From positions 1 to 64,000 of the forward strand of contig JBBSVO010000007.1 of NCBI GenBank assembly GCA_038046805.1: a stretch of 64,000 nucleotides of DNA. Direction: 5' to 3'. Below are positions 1 through 9,099 of the stretch, piece after piece. The translations under genes were made by a program, and so were the position numbers. Numbering within the stretch: the first letter of the stretch is position 1; the number at the start of each line of letters is the position of its first letter. The stretch is from Candidatus Micrarchaeota archaeon (GTDB taxonomy: Archaea > Micrarchaeota > Micrarchaeia > Anstonellales > Bilamarchaeaceae). A model generated the notes under the pieces. The model did not search any database. It worked only from the letters and a program-made list of their open reading frames with translations, and had not been told where the DNA came from.

Positions 1-271
1 CGTTTATTCCAAGAAGAAGAAATATTACTGCCGCTACTGCAATTGCGAGTCCGTGAGTTGGTTTGTCAATTTTTCCTGTTAAAACCTGTGCAACGATTGC
101 AGCAAGAAAGATGTTTGAAAAATCAGAACCGGAGATAACGAATCCTATCAATAACCCGGAAATAATCGCAAGCGGCCATTTGACAATAAACGAGCCTTTC
201 AATTCATCTTCTATCCAATCAACTGATTTTATGAGGAAACCGGAGAGAAATGAAAGGAGGTAGAAGAGCAT
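1..271 (-). CDS. Membrane protein, 3' end runs off the window
   Basis: Read manually: MLFYLLSFLSGFLIKSVDWIEDELK...GKIDKPTHGLAIAVAAVIFLLLGIN. Open to the window edge, with several hydrophobic segments. Confidence 0.7.
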   Translation of the reverse strand, partial: MLFYLLSFLSGFLIKSVDWIEDELKGSFIVKWPLAIISGLLIGFVISGSDFSNIFLAAIVAQVLTGKIDKPTHGLAIAVAAVIFLLLGIN

Positions 272-343
272 TGTATGGCCAATATCGATTCTGGCGTAAA
301 GGATTATATAAGTTATGCTCTGTTCTTCTGTCTGGGTGATGAG

Positions 344-1015
344 ATGGTTGTGCAAGCTAATTGTGAAACAAGAAAACCTTCGTTGAGTGTAAGAGTGGCC
401 GCGGCAGCAATACCTTTTTTACCCGCAGAGGCATTGACACGGAAGTTTGCAGGCAGGATACTATAGCGCGCCAAACAAGTTTTTCGGACCAGTGGCGCGC
501 AACTATTGGTTTCTGGGTCCTAGGTTCTAGCTCCTGGGTTCTGGAAACACGACTTCAAATCCGTCTGTTCCGCGCCAGCAGCTAGGAGCCAGTACCCTAC
601 CGGTGCATCCTCCGAATTACTTTGTTGGACTGCTATAACCGAACTTCCGACCCCTAAGCCAAGGAAAGGCCGCGAAGAGGAGTATGACGATTCGATTTTC
701 GGGGACGTTAGAGGATAACCGGATTATTTGCTTATGTCTGTTCTTGATGTTGCCCGACGCGCGTATGGAAAATATTCCTCTCCGCGGGCAAGGGATTTGC
801 TTCTGTCCGGACAGGTAAAATGCTTCCATGCAACAGTTATTCTCGCATCCAGATTGACCAATCCGGAAGATGCAAAAGCAGTGCTGGATTCCGGGAAAAT
901 AACCGATTCGGATGTAAGTAGTATGATTCAGTACAGCCTCAAGTATCCCGCGCCCCCAGAGCCCAAAGGATTTCTGCAGAGGTTATTGAACCTGACAAGG
1001 ATTACGGAATTATAG
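344..1015 (+). pseudogene. Probable degraded orphan gene; intact C-terminal ORF at 728..1015
   Basis: GGTGA RBS before ATG 344. The same frame continues to 1015 with stops at 464, 521 and 716. The C-terminal part resembles ORF 59769..60134 (VLDSGK[I/L]T). Confidence 0.4.
506..595. repeat. Degenerate heptamer tandem repeats, two arrays in opposite orientation
   Basis: ttggttt-ctgggtc-ctaggtt-ctagctc-ctgggtt-ctggaaa (506-547) and ccagcag-ctaggag-ccagtac (575-595). Confidence 0.65.
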
Positions 1016-1033
1016 GTTATTCGGTTGGTTTTG

Positions 1034-1519
1034 TTATTCGATTTCTGAAATAACAAATTCCTTGCCCCTAAATAGGATTGTGTCACCGACTTCCTTTCCA
1101 AGAAGTTGACTACAGATTGGAGCGGTCGGACTCATTAGAGTTATATCCCATTCATCAATCTTGACGTTGCTCCCTTCTCCATCCGGAACAATGAAAAATC
1201 TTAAGACATCGTTCAAATGCTCAAGTGTAACCAAGGCCCCGGAAAGTACGTGATCAAACTCCCTGGATTGCATAACAGATGCAATCTCTGTAAGCACAGA
1301 TAAAGTATTTTCAACTGCTTTTCTGCGTTTTACTAGACCGTCAATGAGCCACCCGGTTTCAATTTTTGTGGTATCGTGATGGGATTGCATTGCTCCTGGA
1401 GCATCGATCATTCTATTTTTGGCCTGTTCAATAGACTCTCTGAGTTCATCCAGAGTCTTTCTAAGTTGCCCCGTATGTTGTTCGAGAATTTGCTGTTTTC
1501 TCTGTAATTTAAGTGTCAT
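1034..1519 (-). CDS. GreA/GreB-family C-terminal domain protein (bacterial type)
   Basis: N-terminal coiled coil followed by GALVTL...MSPTAPICSQLLGKEVGDTI, the Gre C-terminal signature. GGAGG RBS before ATG 1519, which overlaps the upstream kinase gene end. Confidence 0.75.
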   Translation of the reverse strand: MTLKLQRKQQILEQHTGQLRKTLDELRESIEQAKNRMIDAPGAMQSHHDTTKIETGWLIDGLVKRRKAVENTLSVLTEIASVMQSREFDHVLSGALVTLEHLNDVLRFFIVPDGEGSNVKIDEWDITLMSPTAPICSQLLGKEVGDTILFRGKEFVISEIE

Positions 1520-2147
1520 TAAACCAACCTCCAAAATTTCTTATTTTATTAGTGATTATCTGTATGATCTTATCTGCAACTTTTACTAGATCGATATTTG
1601 TAGAATCAATAACCTCCACTTCAGAAAGAACCGCCCGCGCTTCAACCAATCTCAAAAATTCTGTTTGCACTGCGGAGGTTAGTTGCGTATTAACGTCACG
1701 GTGAGTGTTTTGCGTTTGATCGCGGCCAGCAAGGCGAGCACACCTTGCCTCTTCATTTGCGATAAGAACTATTGTTGTGTGGGGTAAAAAACCCCCGTTC
1801 TCAGCAAATGTTTTGAAAAAATCTGTGAACGTATATCCGTCTCTTCTTCCAAGAACATTATGATATGCAACAGTAGATAAAACAAATCTATCGCAGCATA
1901 CCGGGTCGGTCTCACAAACTTTTCTTATTTTTGGGGACAAGTAAAAGTCAGCAGCTGCATAGAATGAAAATCTCGCTCCGAGATGAACCTCCCGTGCATC
2001 AAAAACTCCCCGAAATTGATTCAACTCGTCTGGAGGACATTTGAAAGGAACAAAAAGTTCCGGCCTCAATTTTTTGGCCAGTTGTATTGCAGAACTCTTG
2101 CCAACTCCATCAACACCGTCCACTGTAAAGAATGGCTTTCTTATCAT
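1509..2147 (-). CDS. Thymidylate-kinase-family nucleoside monophosphate kinase, CMPK2-like
   Basis: P-loop DGVDGVGKSS and DRFVLSTVAY motif. KCPP..NQFRGVFD and FY segments resemble CMPK2. Confidence 0.8.
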   Translation of the reverse strand: MIRKPFFTVDGVDGVGKSSAIQLAKKLRPELFVPFKCPPDELNQFRGVFDAREVHLGARFSFYAAADFYLSPKIRKVCETDPVCCDRFVLSTVAYHNVLGRRDGYTFTDFFKTFAENGGFLPHTTIVLIANEEARCARLAGRDQTQNTHRDVNTQLTSAVQTEFLRLVEARAVLSEVEVIDSTNIDLVKVADKIIQIITNKIRNFGGWFNDT

Positions 2148-3253
2148 AGTAATTTCCCCCCATTACGCAATGCAATCAAGATTTTTTCATCAGTAATTGT
2201 TCGATCCGTCAAATCAACAATATTATCAGTTCTAGCTAATGCAGGACAGGGCTGCAATAAACCTTCCGCGGATAGCCGAATATGAGATCTGCAACCCTCA
2301 TTGCATTTAGATCTTGAATGACACGCCAGGTTCACACAAGAATTGGCTATAGAATCGTCAATAAAATCGATAACTGCTCCCTCGACTAGGATCACCTTTC
2401 CATTGTGTGGGAAGGCATATGAAAATTCTTTCGAAGAAAGAGTGGAAAGAAGACGCAACATCAGAGCAACGTCTTTCATAGATTCTTCAGATGAATTCAG
2501 ATTTTGAAACATTTTTATTGGAATTCCTAAATCGGACGCCAATTTTATATATTCATGGATTTCGGCGAGAATAGAACCAGTAATCACACAGTTTATTTTT
2601 ATGTCCAAACCAGTCTGAACTGCAATTTGAAGACTGTGTAATACAGCAGATAACCCATCAACCCCTGTTATAGATCGGTAGGTATCTCTATTAAGACTGT
2701 GAAGAGAAACATTTACCTTTGACAAACCAGCATTTGAAAGATCCGTGGCAAGTTTCCCTAACAATAGCCCATTTGTAGTAAGAGCCAAAGAAACAACTGG
2801 TTTGAAGACCCTGAACTTTCTAACAAGATCTACCAATTCCATTAAAGTTAGTGTCGGTTCTCCATTCCCTGCTATGTGTACTTGGATAGGTTTGCCAGTC
2901 ATTGAATATAATCTTTCAGTTGCATGAACAAAAAATCCATTATCTACAGCTTTTCTTCCCTTCCCACCAGAAAGACTATCCTCGTGACAGAAAACGCATT
3001 TCTGATTACAATTTCTCCCAGTTACACGACTTCCCGCCTTGAAAGTTTTATCGATTCTCACACGAAGAAAATCAGACCGTGTCACCTGCCGTTTCTGAAC
3101 ATATCGTTCGAATCTTTCTTCCGAAGTCGTCCTCCCATTTCTCAAAAGTTGCACAAACTCACTCCAGCTTAAGCCAGTGTACTTTGTGAAAGTGTGCCTC
3201 CATATAAATCTATGTGGTATCCTATAACCCCACACTGTGGCCTCAAACACCAT
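2144..3253 (-). CDS. Radical SAM enzyme, MoaA/viperin-like NTP-acting subgroup
   Basis: CNQKCVFC (CX3CX2C), GNGEP, TTNG, VNVSLHSL, KINCV, and a C-terminal Cys cluster with RLSAEGLLQPC. Confidence 0.85.
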   Translation of the reverse strand: MVFEATVWGYRIPHRFIWRHTFTKYTGLSWSEFVQLLRNGRTTSEERFERYVQKRQVTRSDFLRVRIDKTFKAGSRVTGRNCNQKCVFCHEDSLSGGKGRKAVDNGFFVHATERLYSMTGKPIQVHIAGNGEPTLTLMELVDLVRKFRVFKPVVSLALTTNGLLLGKLATDLSNAGLSKVNVSLHSLNRDTYRSITGVDGLSAVLHSLQIAVQTGLDIKINCVITGSILAEIHEYIKLASDLGIPIKMFQNLNSSEESMKDVALMLRLLSTLSSKEFSYAFPHNGKVILVEGAVIDFIDDSIANSCVNLACHSRSKCNEGCRSHIRLSAEGLLQPCPALARTDNIVDLTDRTITDEKILIALRNGGKLL

Positions 3254-3285
3254 ATCATTTAAACCATTGCCATTATACTATCAGC

Positions 3286-4029
3286 ATGGAAGTTGAATGT
3301 CTGAAGGAACTCGGATTAAGCAATGGACAGATCTCCGTCTATTCCGCGGTTCTTGAGCTTGGAGCAGCACCAATGAACAAGATACAGGAAAGAACAAGGA
3401 TTGAACGCAGAAACATCTACGATATCCTGAACAAGCTCATACAGCGCGGGCTGGTTACTTACGTGCTTGAAGACCAGAAAAGAGTCTATCGTTGCACCCA
3501 CCCGAGTCATATCTGCGAGGAGATATCAACGAAGAAAAGTGCCTTAGATAAGCTTGAAAAGCAGATTCCTCAGTTTTCTGCGTTTTTTGAAGCTACCAAG
3601 CCAGAAGTGAATTTCCAGATATTCAAAGGTCCCGATGCGATGAAGGCATTGATGAACGAAATCCTTCAGCACGATTCAAGCTACTGGATGGGTGCAAACA
3701 GCAGCATAGAGCAGACGCCCCTCAAAACATGGTTTAAGCAATGGATGGGCCGCCGAGTGGAACAAAAAAGATTCATGTATGATCTGGCCAATTACAGCAC
3801 TCATTTTGAAGATTACCCTACCTATGACACAACGGAGCATAAAAAGCGGTTTTACAAATACTGCCGCCTTCCGCTGGATTTGAGGTCATTCATAACAATC
3901 ATGATCTTCGAAAACAAGGTCGCCCAGGTATTGTGGGGCTCTGAGCCATATGCCTTCGTGGTGGAATCAAAAGAAGTCAAGGAAAGCTATATGAAATACT
4001 TCAATCAATTCTGGGATGACCCATGGTAA
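3286..4029 (+). CDS. TrmB-family transcriptional regulator
   Basis: LKELGLS...VYSAVLELG...RNIYDILNKLIQRGLV winged HTH plus a C-terminal effector domain. ATG 3286 chosen over the upstream GTG. Confidence 0.85.
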   Translation: MEVECLKELGLSNGQISVYSAVLELGAAPMNKIQERTRIERRNIYDILNKLIQRGLVTYVLEDQKRVYRCTHPSHICEEISTKKSALDKLEKQIPQFSAFFEATKPEVNFQIFKGPDAMKALMNEILQHDSSYWMGANSSIEQTPLKTWFKQWMGRRVEQKRFMYDLANYSTHFEDYPTYDTTEHKKRFYKYCRLPLDLRSFITIMIFENKVAQVLWGSEPYAFVVESKEVKESYMKYFNQFWDDPW

Positions 4030-5195
4030 GCAAGCCGATAAAAGTAGGGGTTCTTCATTCCCTGACCGGGACAATGGCAATCAGTGAATCGTCGCTTGTA
4101 GATGCAACACTGCTTGCAATTGACGAGATCAATGGCAAAGGAGGAGTGCTGGGAAGGCGCATTCAGCCAATAGTGGTTGATGGCCGCTCCAACTGGCCTG
4201 TTTTTGCGAACGAGGCAAGGCGGCTCATTGGGCAGGAGGGGGTTTGCTCTGTTTTCGGTGGATGGACATCTGCGAGCAGGAAGATAATGAAACCGATATT
4301 TGAGGAACTTAATAACCTCCTCTGGTATCCGGTTCAATATGAGGGCCTGGAACAATCACCAAACATCGTGTACCTCGGTGCTGCCCCAAATCAACAGGTG
4401 CTTCCTGCTGTCCAGTGGGCAATTCGCAATTTAGGCAGGAGGATTTTCTTGATAGGTTCGGATTATGTCTTTCCAAGGAGTGCAAATGAAATAGTAAGGG
4501 ATGAGATAGAAAATCTCAGCGGGGAGATTGTCGGAGAACAATACAAGGTGTTGGGGGTTCAGGATTTCAAATCAGTTGTTGAGGAAATAAAGAGAACAAA
4601 ACCAGATTTTATTTTTAACACTATCAATGGGGACAGCAATATCTCATTCTTCAAACAGCTTAGAAAGGACGGAATAACTTCGGATAAGGTTCCAACAGTG
4701 TCCATGAGCGTTGCAGAGGATGAGGTGCGCCATATAAATCCAATCCTTACTTCTGGTGACTATGCGGTATGGAATTATTTTCAAAGCCTTGATAACAGAA
4801 CAAATAAACTTTTTGTTAAGAATTTTAAATCTCGTTATGGCCCACATCGAGTTACTTCCGATCCAATTGAAAAGGCATATTCTGCGGTTTTCTTCTTTGC
4901 CCGGGCAGTTGAAAAAGCTGGGGATATAGATGTTTCTTCAATACGAAATTCATTGAAAGGAATCAGGTTCTCTCTTCCGGCCGGTAGTACCACGATTGAT
5001 TCATCTACACAGCACCTTAACCAATCAGTTAGGGTTGGCCGTGCACGTGCCGATGGCCAGTTTGATATAATTTGGGATTCAAAAAATCCGATTAAACCAG
5101 AGCCTTATCCAAAATCCCGTTCTCGGGAGGAATGGCACGCATTTTTGAACAGCCTTTACAGGCAATGGGGCGGAAGATGGGCTAATCAATGTTGA
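4023..5195 (+). CDS. UrtA/AmiC-like urea/amide-binding protein without signal peptide
   Basis: IKVGVLHSLTGTMAISE, FGGWTSASRK, LWYPVQYEGLE, GAAPNQQ, GSDYVFPR, NTINGDSN motifs. Confidence 0.9.
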   Translation: MVSKPIKVGVLHSLTGTMAISESSLVDATLLAIDEINGKGGVLGRRIQPIVVDGRSNWPVFANEARRLIGQEGVCSVFGGWTSASRKIMKPIFEELNNLLWYPVQYEGLEQSPNIVYLGAAPNQQVLPAVQWAIRNLGRRIFLIGSDYVFPRSANEIVRDEIENLSGEIVGEQYKVLGVQDFKSVVEEIKRTKPDFIFNTINGDSNISFFKQLRKDGITSDKVPTVSMSVAEDEVRHINPILTSGDYAVWNYFQSLDNRTNKLFVKNFKSRYGPHRVTSDPIEKAYSAVFFFARAVEKAGDIDVSSIRNSLKGIRFSLPAGSTTIDSSTQHLNQSVRVGRARADGQFDIIWDSKNPIKPEPYPKSRSREEWHAFLNSLYRQWGGRWANQC

Positions 5196-5399
5196 TTACT
5201 TTTCATTTTCATGTTTTACTGTGTCCGCGATAGGCTCTGTTTGTCCTGCACGCGGGCGGAATACTCTTCCTTCTCGGAGAGTCTCTGCTCTACCACGTGG
5301 ACCATATACGCGTTCATGTGCACCAACCCGGCCGTCTGAATGGGAAGTAGGTCTTGGAGTTGCTCTGGACACTCTTTCATGGACAGATATTCTAGTCAT
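5196..5399 (-). CDS. Small basic hypothetical protein
   Basis: 67-aa ORF with a GAGGTG RBS; fills the intergenic gap exactly. Confidence 0.6.
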   Translation of the reverse strand: MTRISVHERVSRATPRPTSHSDGRVGAHERVYGPRGRAETLREGRVFRPRAGQTEPIADTVKHENEK

Positions 5400-5450
5400 A
5401 GATACACCTCATAATTATTTAAGTGTTATTCATTATGTACGGAAACGTTT

Positions 5451-6377
5451 TTATATCTTGCTTTTTACAACTTCAGACATAATCATCGGAAACACAATCG
5501 TCGCATCCCCATCAACCGTCACAGAATTCGTGGCTTTTGCTTTCTCGGAAATTTTTCCCCAGGAAACTGCTTCCTGTGTTCTTGCTCCGGATAAAGAGCC
5601 ATCCCATGGCGATGCAGTAGTTACATAAACTGCATAGTCTAATCCGCCACGCAGGATATTTACTCCAATCGTGTGATGCTTTGAAATCCCGCCTCCGAGA
5701 ACTATCGCGCCAGTCTTGTTTGCCGTCAGTACGCTCTGGGCGAGTTGCGGCATATCTTTTGTAACATCAATCCCGAAATCGCGATGCTTTGCCTGCTGCT
5801 TGAAGAAATATGCCTGAAGCCCGATGGCCGAATCGGTTATCCCCGGGCAATAGACCGGAATATCGTTTCGCGCGGCCCAATATAAAAATGACGGGGAATT
5901 GTTTTTCGTTTTTCCGATTTCGTTTCCAATCTCCCGCGCAATCTCGCTCGGTGAGCAAAAATGGTTTTTGTTTTTCGCATAGAGCCGCTCGAAAATCGGT
6001 TTCATTTTTTTCTCAAGAAGTTCGTATCGCTCGTTTGGAATTAGGATATTTCCGAGACGATTTACTCCGCGCTTATGGAGTTCGGCATCGTCCATGAAGA
6101 AATCGCCGATAAAGTAGTCGTCGTAAGCCCGAATCAGATCATGATCAAGCGAACCGCCTGCAGTTATTATCGCATCAACAAATTTCCGTTCGCACAATTC
6201 TGCGAAAATTCCTCGCAAACCGCTTGCAACCATATTTGATGTGAATGACAGAAACACAGTCGCGCGTGCCTTTTTCATATTTTTTATTATTTGAACCGCA
6301 CGCTCTATTTGGGTTGCCTGAAAGCCAGTACTAGTAGTAATAGAATCGCCCATTCGAATATCCTTTACAGATTCCAT
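5451..6377 (-). CDS. dys: Deoxyhypusine synthase
   Basis: FTSNMVASGLR, LGGGISKHH, DGSLSGARTQEAVSWGK, DATIVFP motifs. Confidence 0.97.
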   Translation of the reverse strand: MESVKDIRMGDSITTSTGFQATQIERAVQIIKNMKKARATVFLSFTSNMVASGLRGIFAELCERKFVDAIITAGGSLDHDLIRAYDDYFIGDFFMDDAELHKRGVNRLGNILIPNERYELLEKKMKPIFERLYAKNKNHFCSPSEIAREIGNEIGKTKNNSPSFLYWAARNDIPVYCPGITDSAIGLQAYFFKQQAKHRDFGIDVTKDMPQLAQSVLTANKTGAIVLGGGISKHHTIGVNILRGGLDYAVYVTTASPWDGSLSGARTQEAVSWGKISEKAKATNSVTVDGDATIVFPMIMSEVVKSKI

Positions 6378-6381
6378 ATTA

Positions 6382-7389
6382 TCACTTATCTTTATCTTCC
6401 GGGGTTTTTAAAAGCAATTCCCCTGCCATTGGAAAGTATGAAACTTTGTCCTCATTTACCCAAACGTAATACAGATAGTTTCGTATGGACCCCCTGAATT
6501 TTTTGCGTATCTTATCCAGAATCTCCCTGAATTTCGTGTGGTTTTCCACTTCAAATTCCACCTCAAGGTCAGTGCCTCCGCCAATGCTTTCATAGGCATA
6601 AACTGCATTCGGATGAGATGAGAAATATGCAAGCAGATCTTTTTTTGAACGATAATCATCCAGCTGGAATTCGACCTTGTACCAATAGACCCCGAGTTTT
6701 TCAAGGTCAATCTTTGGCCTGAAACCGAGTATTACTTCCTTGTCTTTCAGTCTTTTGAACCGGTGTTTTACTGCAGTTACGCTAAGACCGATTTTATTCG
6801 CAAGGTCCACGATAGGCAACCGCGCATCAATCGAAAGTTGAGTTAGTAGTTTTACATCGTGCTCGTCATATCTCACGGAAATGCTCCTTCCGGAGATAAC
6901 CGTTTGCATCCCATCCGTGTGTTTTTCACTTAGATATTTTTTTCTCCATGAGTATATCTTTGAATAGAAAGAATCGCGAAGCAATTCTATCTTGTTTCTA
7001 AATCTTCCAATGCAGCTGTCTTTGAGCTCATGAAAATCCAGAACGTCCTTGACCCAGCACGCGACACCGAGGTCGTATAGCGAGGATGTGATGCCACCAA
7101 CCCACCAAAACCGTTTGTGCCTTATAAAAAATTCAATAAGTTCTTTTTCTTCTTCTGGAGGGATGCTTCGGAATTTCAGGAACATTCTTGCATTCATGAA
7201 TCCTAGTTTTGTCAGATCAATGATCGCATAATATCCCTTTATCAGCCCAAGTTCAGTCATCCGCTTTATGCGGTATCCGACTACTTCCTTGCTTGCCCCG
7301 ACGTTCTTTGCTATGCTAGAAATAGGCAGTCGTGCATTCAGGTCCAGCTGATAAAGTATCTCTCGGTCTTTTTTATCTAACTCGATCAT
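6382..7389 (-). CDS. Tandem-duplicated Lrp/AsnC-family regulator
   Basis: Two Lrp HTH+RAM units (LDKKDREILYQLDLNAR... and DEHDVKLLTQLSIDAR...). Confidence 0.9.
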   Translation of the reverse strand: MIELDKKDREILYQLDLNARLPISSIAKNVGASKEVVGYRIKRMTELGLIKGYYAIIDLTKLGFMNARMFLKFRSIPPEEEKELIEFFIRHKRFWWVGGITSSLYDLGVACWVKDVLDFHELKDSCIGRFRNKIELLRDSFYSKIYSWRKKYLSEKHTDGMQTVISGRSISVRYDEHDVKLLTQLSIDARLPIVDLANKIGLSVTAVKHRFKRLKDKEVILGFRPKIDLEKLGVYWYKVEFQLDDYRSKKDLLAYFSSHPNAVYAYESIGGGTDLEVEFEVENHTKFREILDKIRKKFRGSIRNYLYYVWVNEDKVSYFPMAGELLLKTPEDKDK

Positions 7390-7497
7390 GTTTTAGTTAT
7401 AAGCTAATAAATTTATAAATTTTAGTTTTTTGATAAAAAATTCTTGTAAAAGTTTTAAATATAAACTAAGTAGCAATATCTCTATAGTGATGAATCT

Positions 7498-8265
7498 ATG
7501 GATATCGAAACCTCTTTCCACAATACTTGCAAAATCCTGTTCGGAACCCCACTCGGCACACTCAAGGATTTTGATCCATACCTGCGCGAGGCCACAGTAG
7601 GGAAAACAGTCAAATCCAACCTTTCAGGCAAATTGCTTAAGGTACTTTCAAGTCATTATCCGGAAAATGCCAGGTTTTTCGATTATAATCTGGAGTTTAG
7701 CAAACTCTCCGCTTCGTTATCTGCCTCGTCCAAACCACTCAACATAAACCAAATCAAGGACATTGACTCTCTTTTCAGCGCAGTGAAGGAAAAAATTATC
7801 TACAGCGGAAATAAGGTTCTCGGAAATTCAAACGACGTTTATGATTCCGATGATGTTGTCGATGGCGCATTTGTTTACGATTCCACATATATTCGAAATG
7901 GAAAATTCGTTTACTGCTGTTATCTCATGAATGAGCCTGAATTTTGTTTTGGCTCATCTTCGAGCGGTCAATCGCAATATATCATGCGTTGCTTCTACAA
8001 CAACACGCTTAAGCGATGCTTCGAATGTTGCACCTCAGTTGGTAGTTCTGACCTTTATTTTTGCTATAACCTGATTGGTTGCTATGACTGCCTGTTCACG
8101 TTCAACGTGCGGAACAAAACGAACATGATTGCGAACGTTCAACTGAATAAAGAACAGTATGCTGAACTAAAAAATAAGCTGGTAGGCGAAATTGCCGAGG
8201 AACTGAAAACAAAAAAGCGGTTTAGGTATTCGATAATAGATATCCTGAACCGGGATTACGGTTAA
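7498..8265 (+). CDS. Cys-rich hypothetical protein (beta-solenoid-like repeats)
   Basis: Repeating C/S-Y/F short units (RCFECCTSVGSSDLYFCYNLIGCYDCLF); paralog of the next gene. Confidence 0.8.
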   Translation: MDIETSFHNTCKILFGTPLGTLKDFDPYLREATVGKTVKSNLSGKLLKVLSSHYPENARFFDYNLEFSKLSASLSASSKPLNINQIKDIDSLFSAVKEKIIYSGNKVLGNSNDVYDSDDVVDGAFVYDSTYIRNGKFVYCCYLMNEPEFCFGSSSSGQSQYIMRCFYNNTLKRCFECCTSVGSSDLYFCYNLIGCYDCLFTFNVRNKTNMIANVQLNKEQYAELKNKLVGEIAEELKTKKRFRYSIIDILNRDYG

Positions 8266-8280
8266 AGAGGCGCCCATATT

Positions 8281-9051
8281 ATGGCTTTCCCTGAAATTGA
8301 AAACGAATTCCGCACCACGACCCGCCTGCTGCTCGGCACCGAGCTTAAGGATATTGATGATTATGGTGAATGGCTCGGAAGGCGCGTTCCACTTCCATCC
8401 CTGTCAAAATCCATCCTAAGCGGAAAGGAGGTTTGGCTTCCGCCGCCATTGAGCTTCCGCAATACCTGCTTCACAACAAAGCGCGTTATCTCAATGGAGG
8501 AAATGGACGAGGTGAATAAATCCACATTTTCACCTCATGATTTGAAAGACGCGAGCGTGGACGGAATAGTGCAAAAATTCATAATGCCAGTCGTTTACGT
8601 CGCAGGTAATTTCCGATATCAGGAGCATAAAAATGTTGAAAAATGCAGTGGGGCGGGGGGAGGACTGAACCTCTACTACGGGGAAGACCTTTATCTGGGC
8701 ATAAAAAATGTCGCATATTCCAACTACGCGCTTTATTGCGAAAATATGTTTGGCTGCCATGCGGTTCTTCATTCAAAATTCTGTATCCATGCGTATAATT
8801 CAACCAATATAACGCGTTGTTTTGAGGTGGATGGATGCGCAAATTCCAGTGATCTTTATTTTTGCCATAACTGCGAGGGCATGAGCAATGCGATCCTGTG
8901 CTTCAATGCAAAGAACCTGCGGTACGCTGTTGGCAACGTGGAAGTAGGGCCGGACGAATTTGCGAGGATAAAGAAGATGCTGCTTGGGCATGTGGCAAAC
9001 GAGCTAAAGACCAAAAAAATGCTGGATTCAGATATCTACAATGTTGGTTGA
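8281..9051 (+). CDS. Cys-rich hypothetical protein, paralog of 7498..8265
   Basis: Shares the N-terminus (IE..F..T...L.GT.L) and RCFE....SSDLYFC.N..G...CFN.KN motifs. Confidence 0.8.
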   Translation: MAFPEIENEFRTTTRLLLGTELKDIDDYGEWLGRRVPLPSLSKSILSGKEVWLPPPLSFRNTCFTTKRVISMEEMDEVNKSTFSPHDLKDASVDGIVQKFIMPVVYVAGNFRYQEHKNVEKCSGAGGGLNLYYGEDLYLGIKNVAYSNYALYCENMFGCHAVLHSKFCIHAYNSTNITRCFEVDGCANSSDLYFCHNCEGMSNAILCFNAKNLRYAVGNVEVGPDEFARIKKMLLGHVANELKTKKMLDSDIYNVG

Positions 9052-9099
9052 GATGAATCACCACTTTATTAAACCTTTTTGAACACATAGCTGCGTATT

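Noticed and set aside
316..500. Possible ncRNA or riboswitch
   Set aside because: No recognisable RNase P, SRP or riboswitch consensus. Better explained by an RBS-led ORF remnant plus a GCGCGCCA/TGGCGCGC hairpin.
2144..3253. Calling the radical SAM gene moaA or viperin outright
   Set aside because: Its motifs are mixed, there are no Moco genes in the window, and the C-terminal Cys cluster is not viperin-like. A phylogeny is needed.
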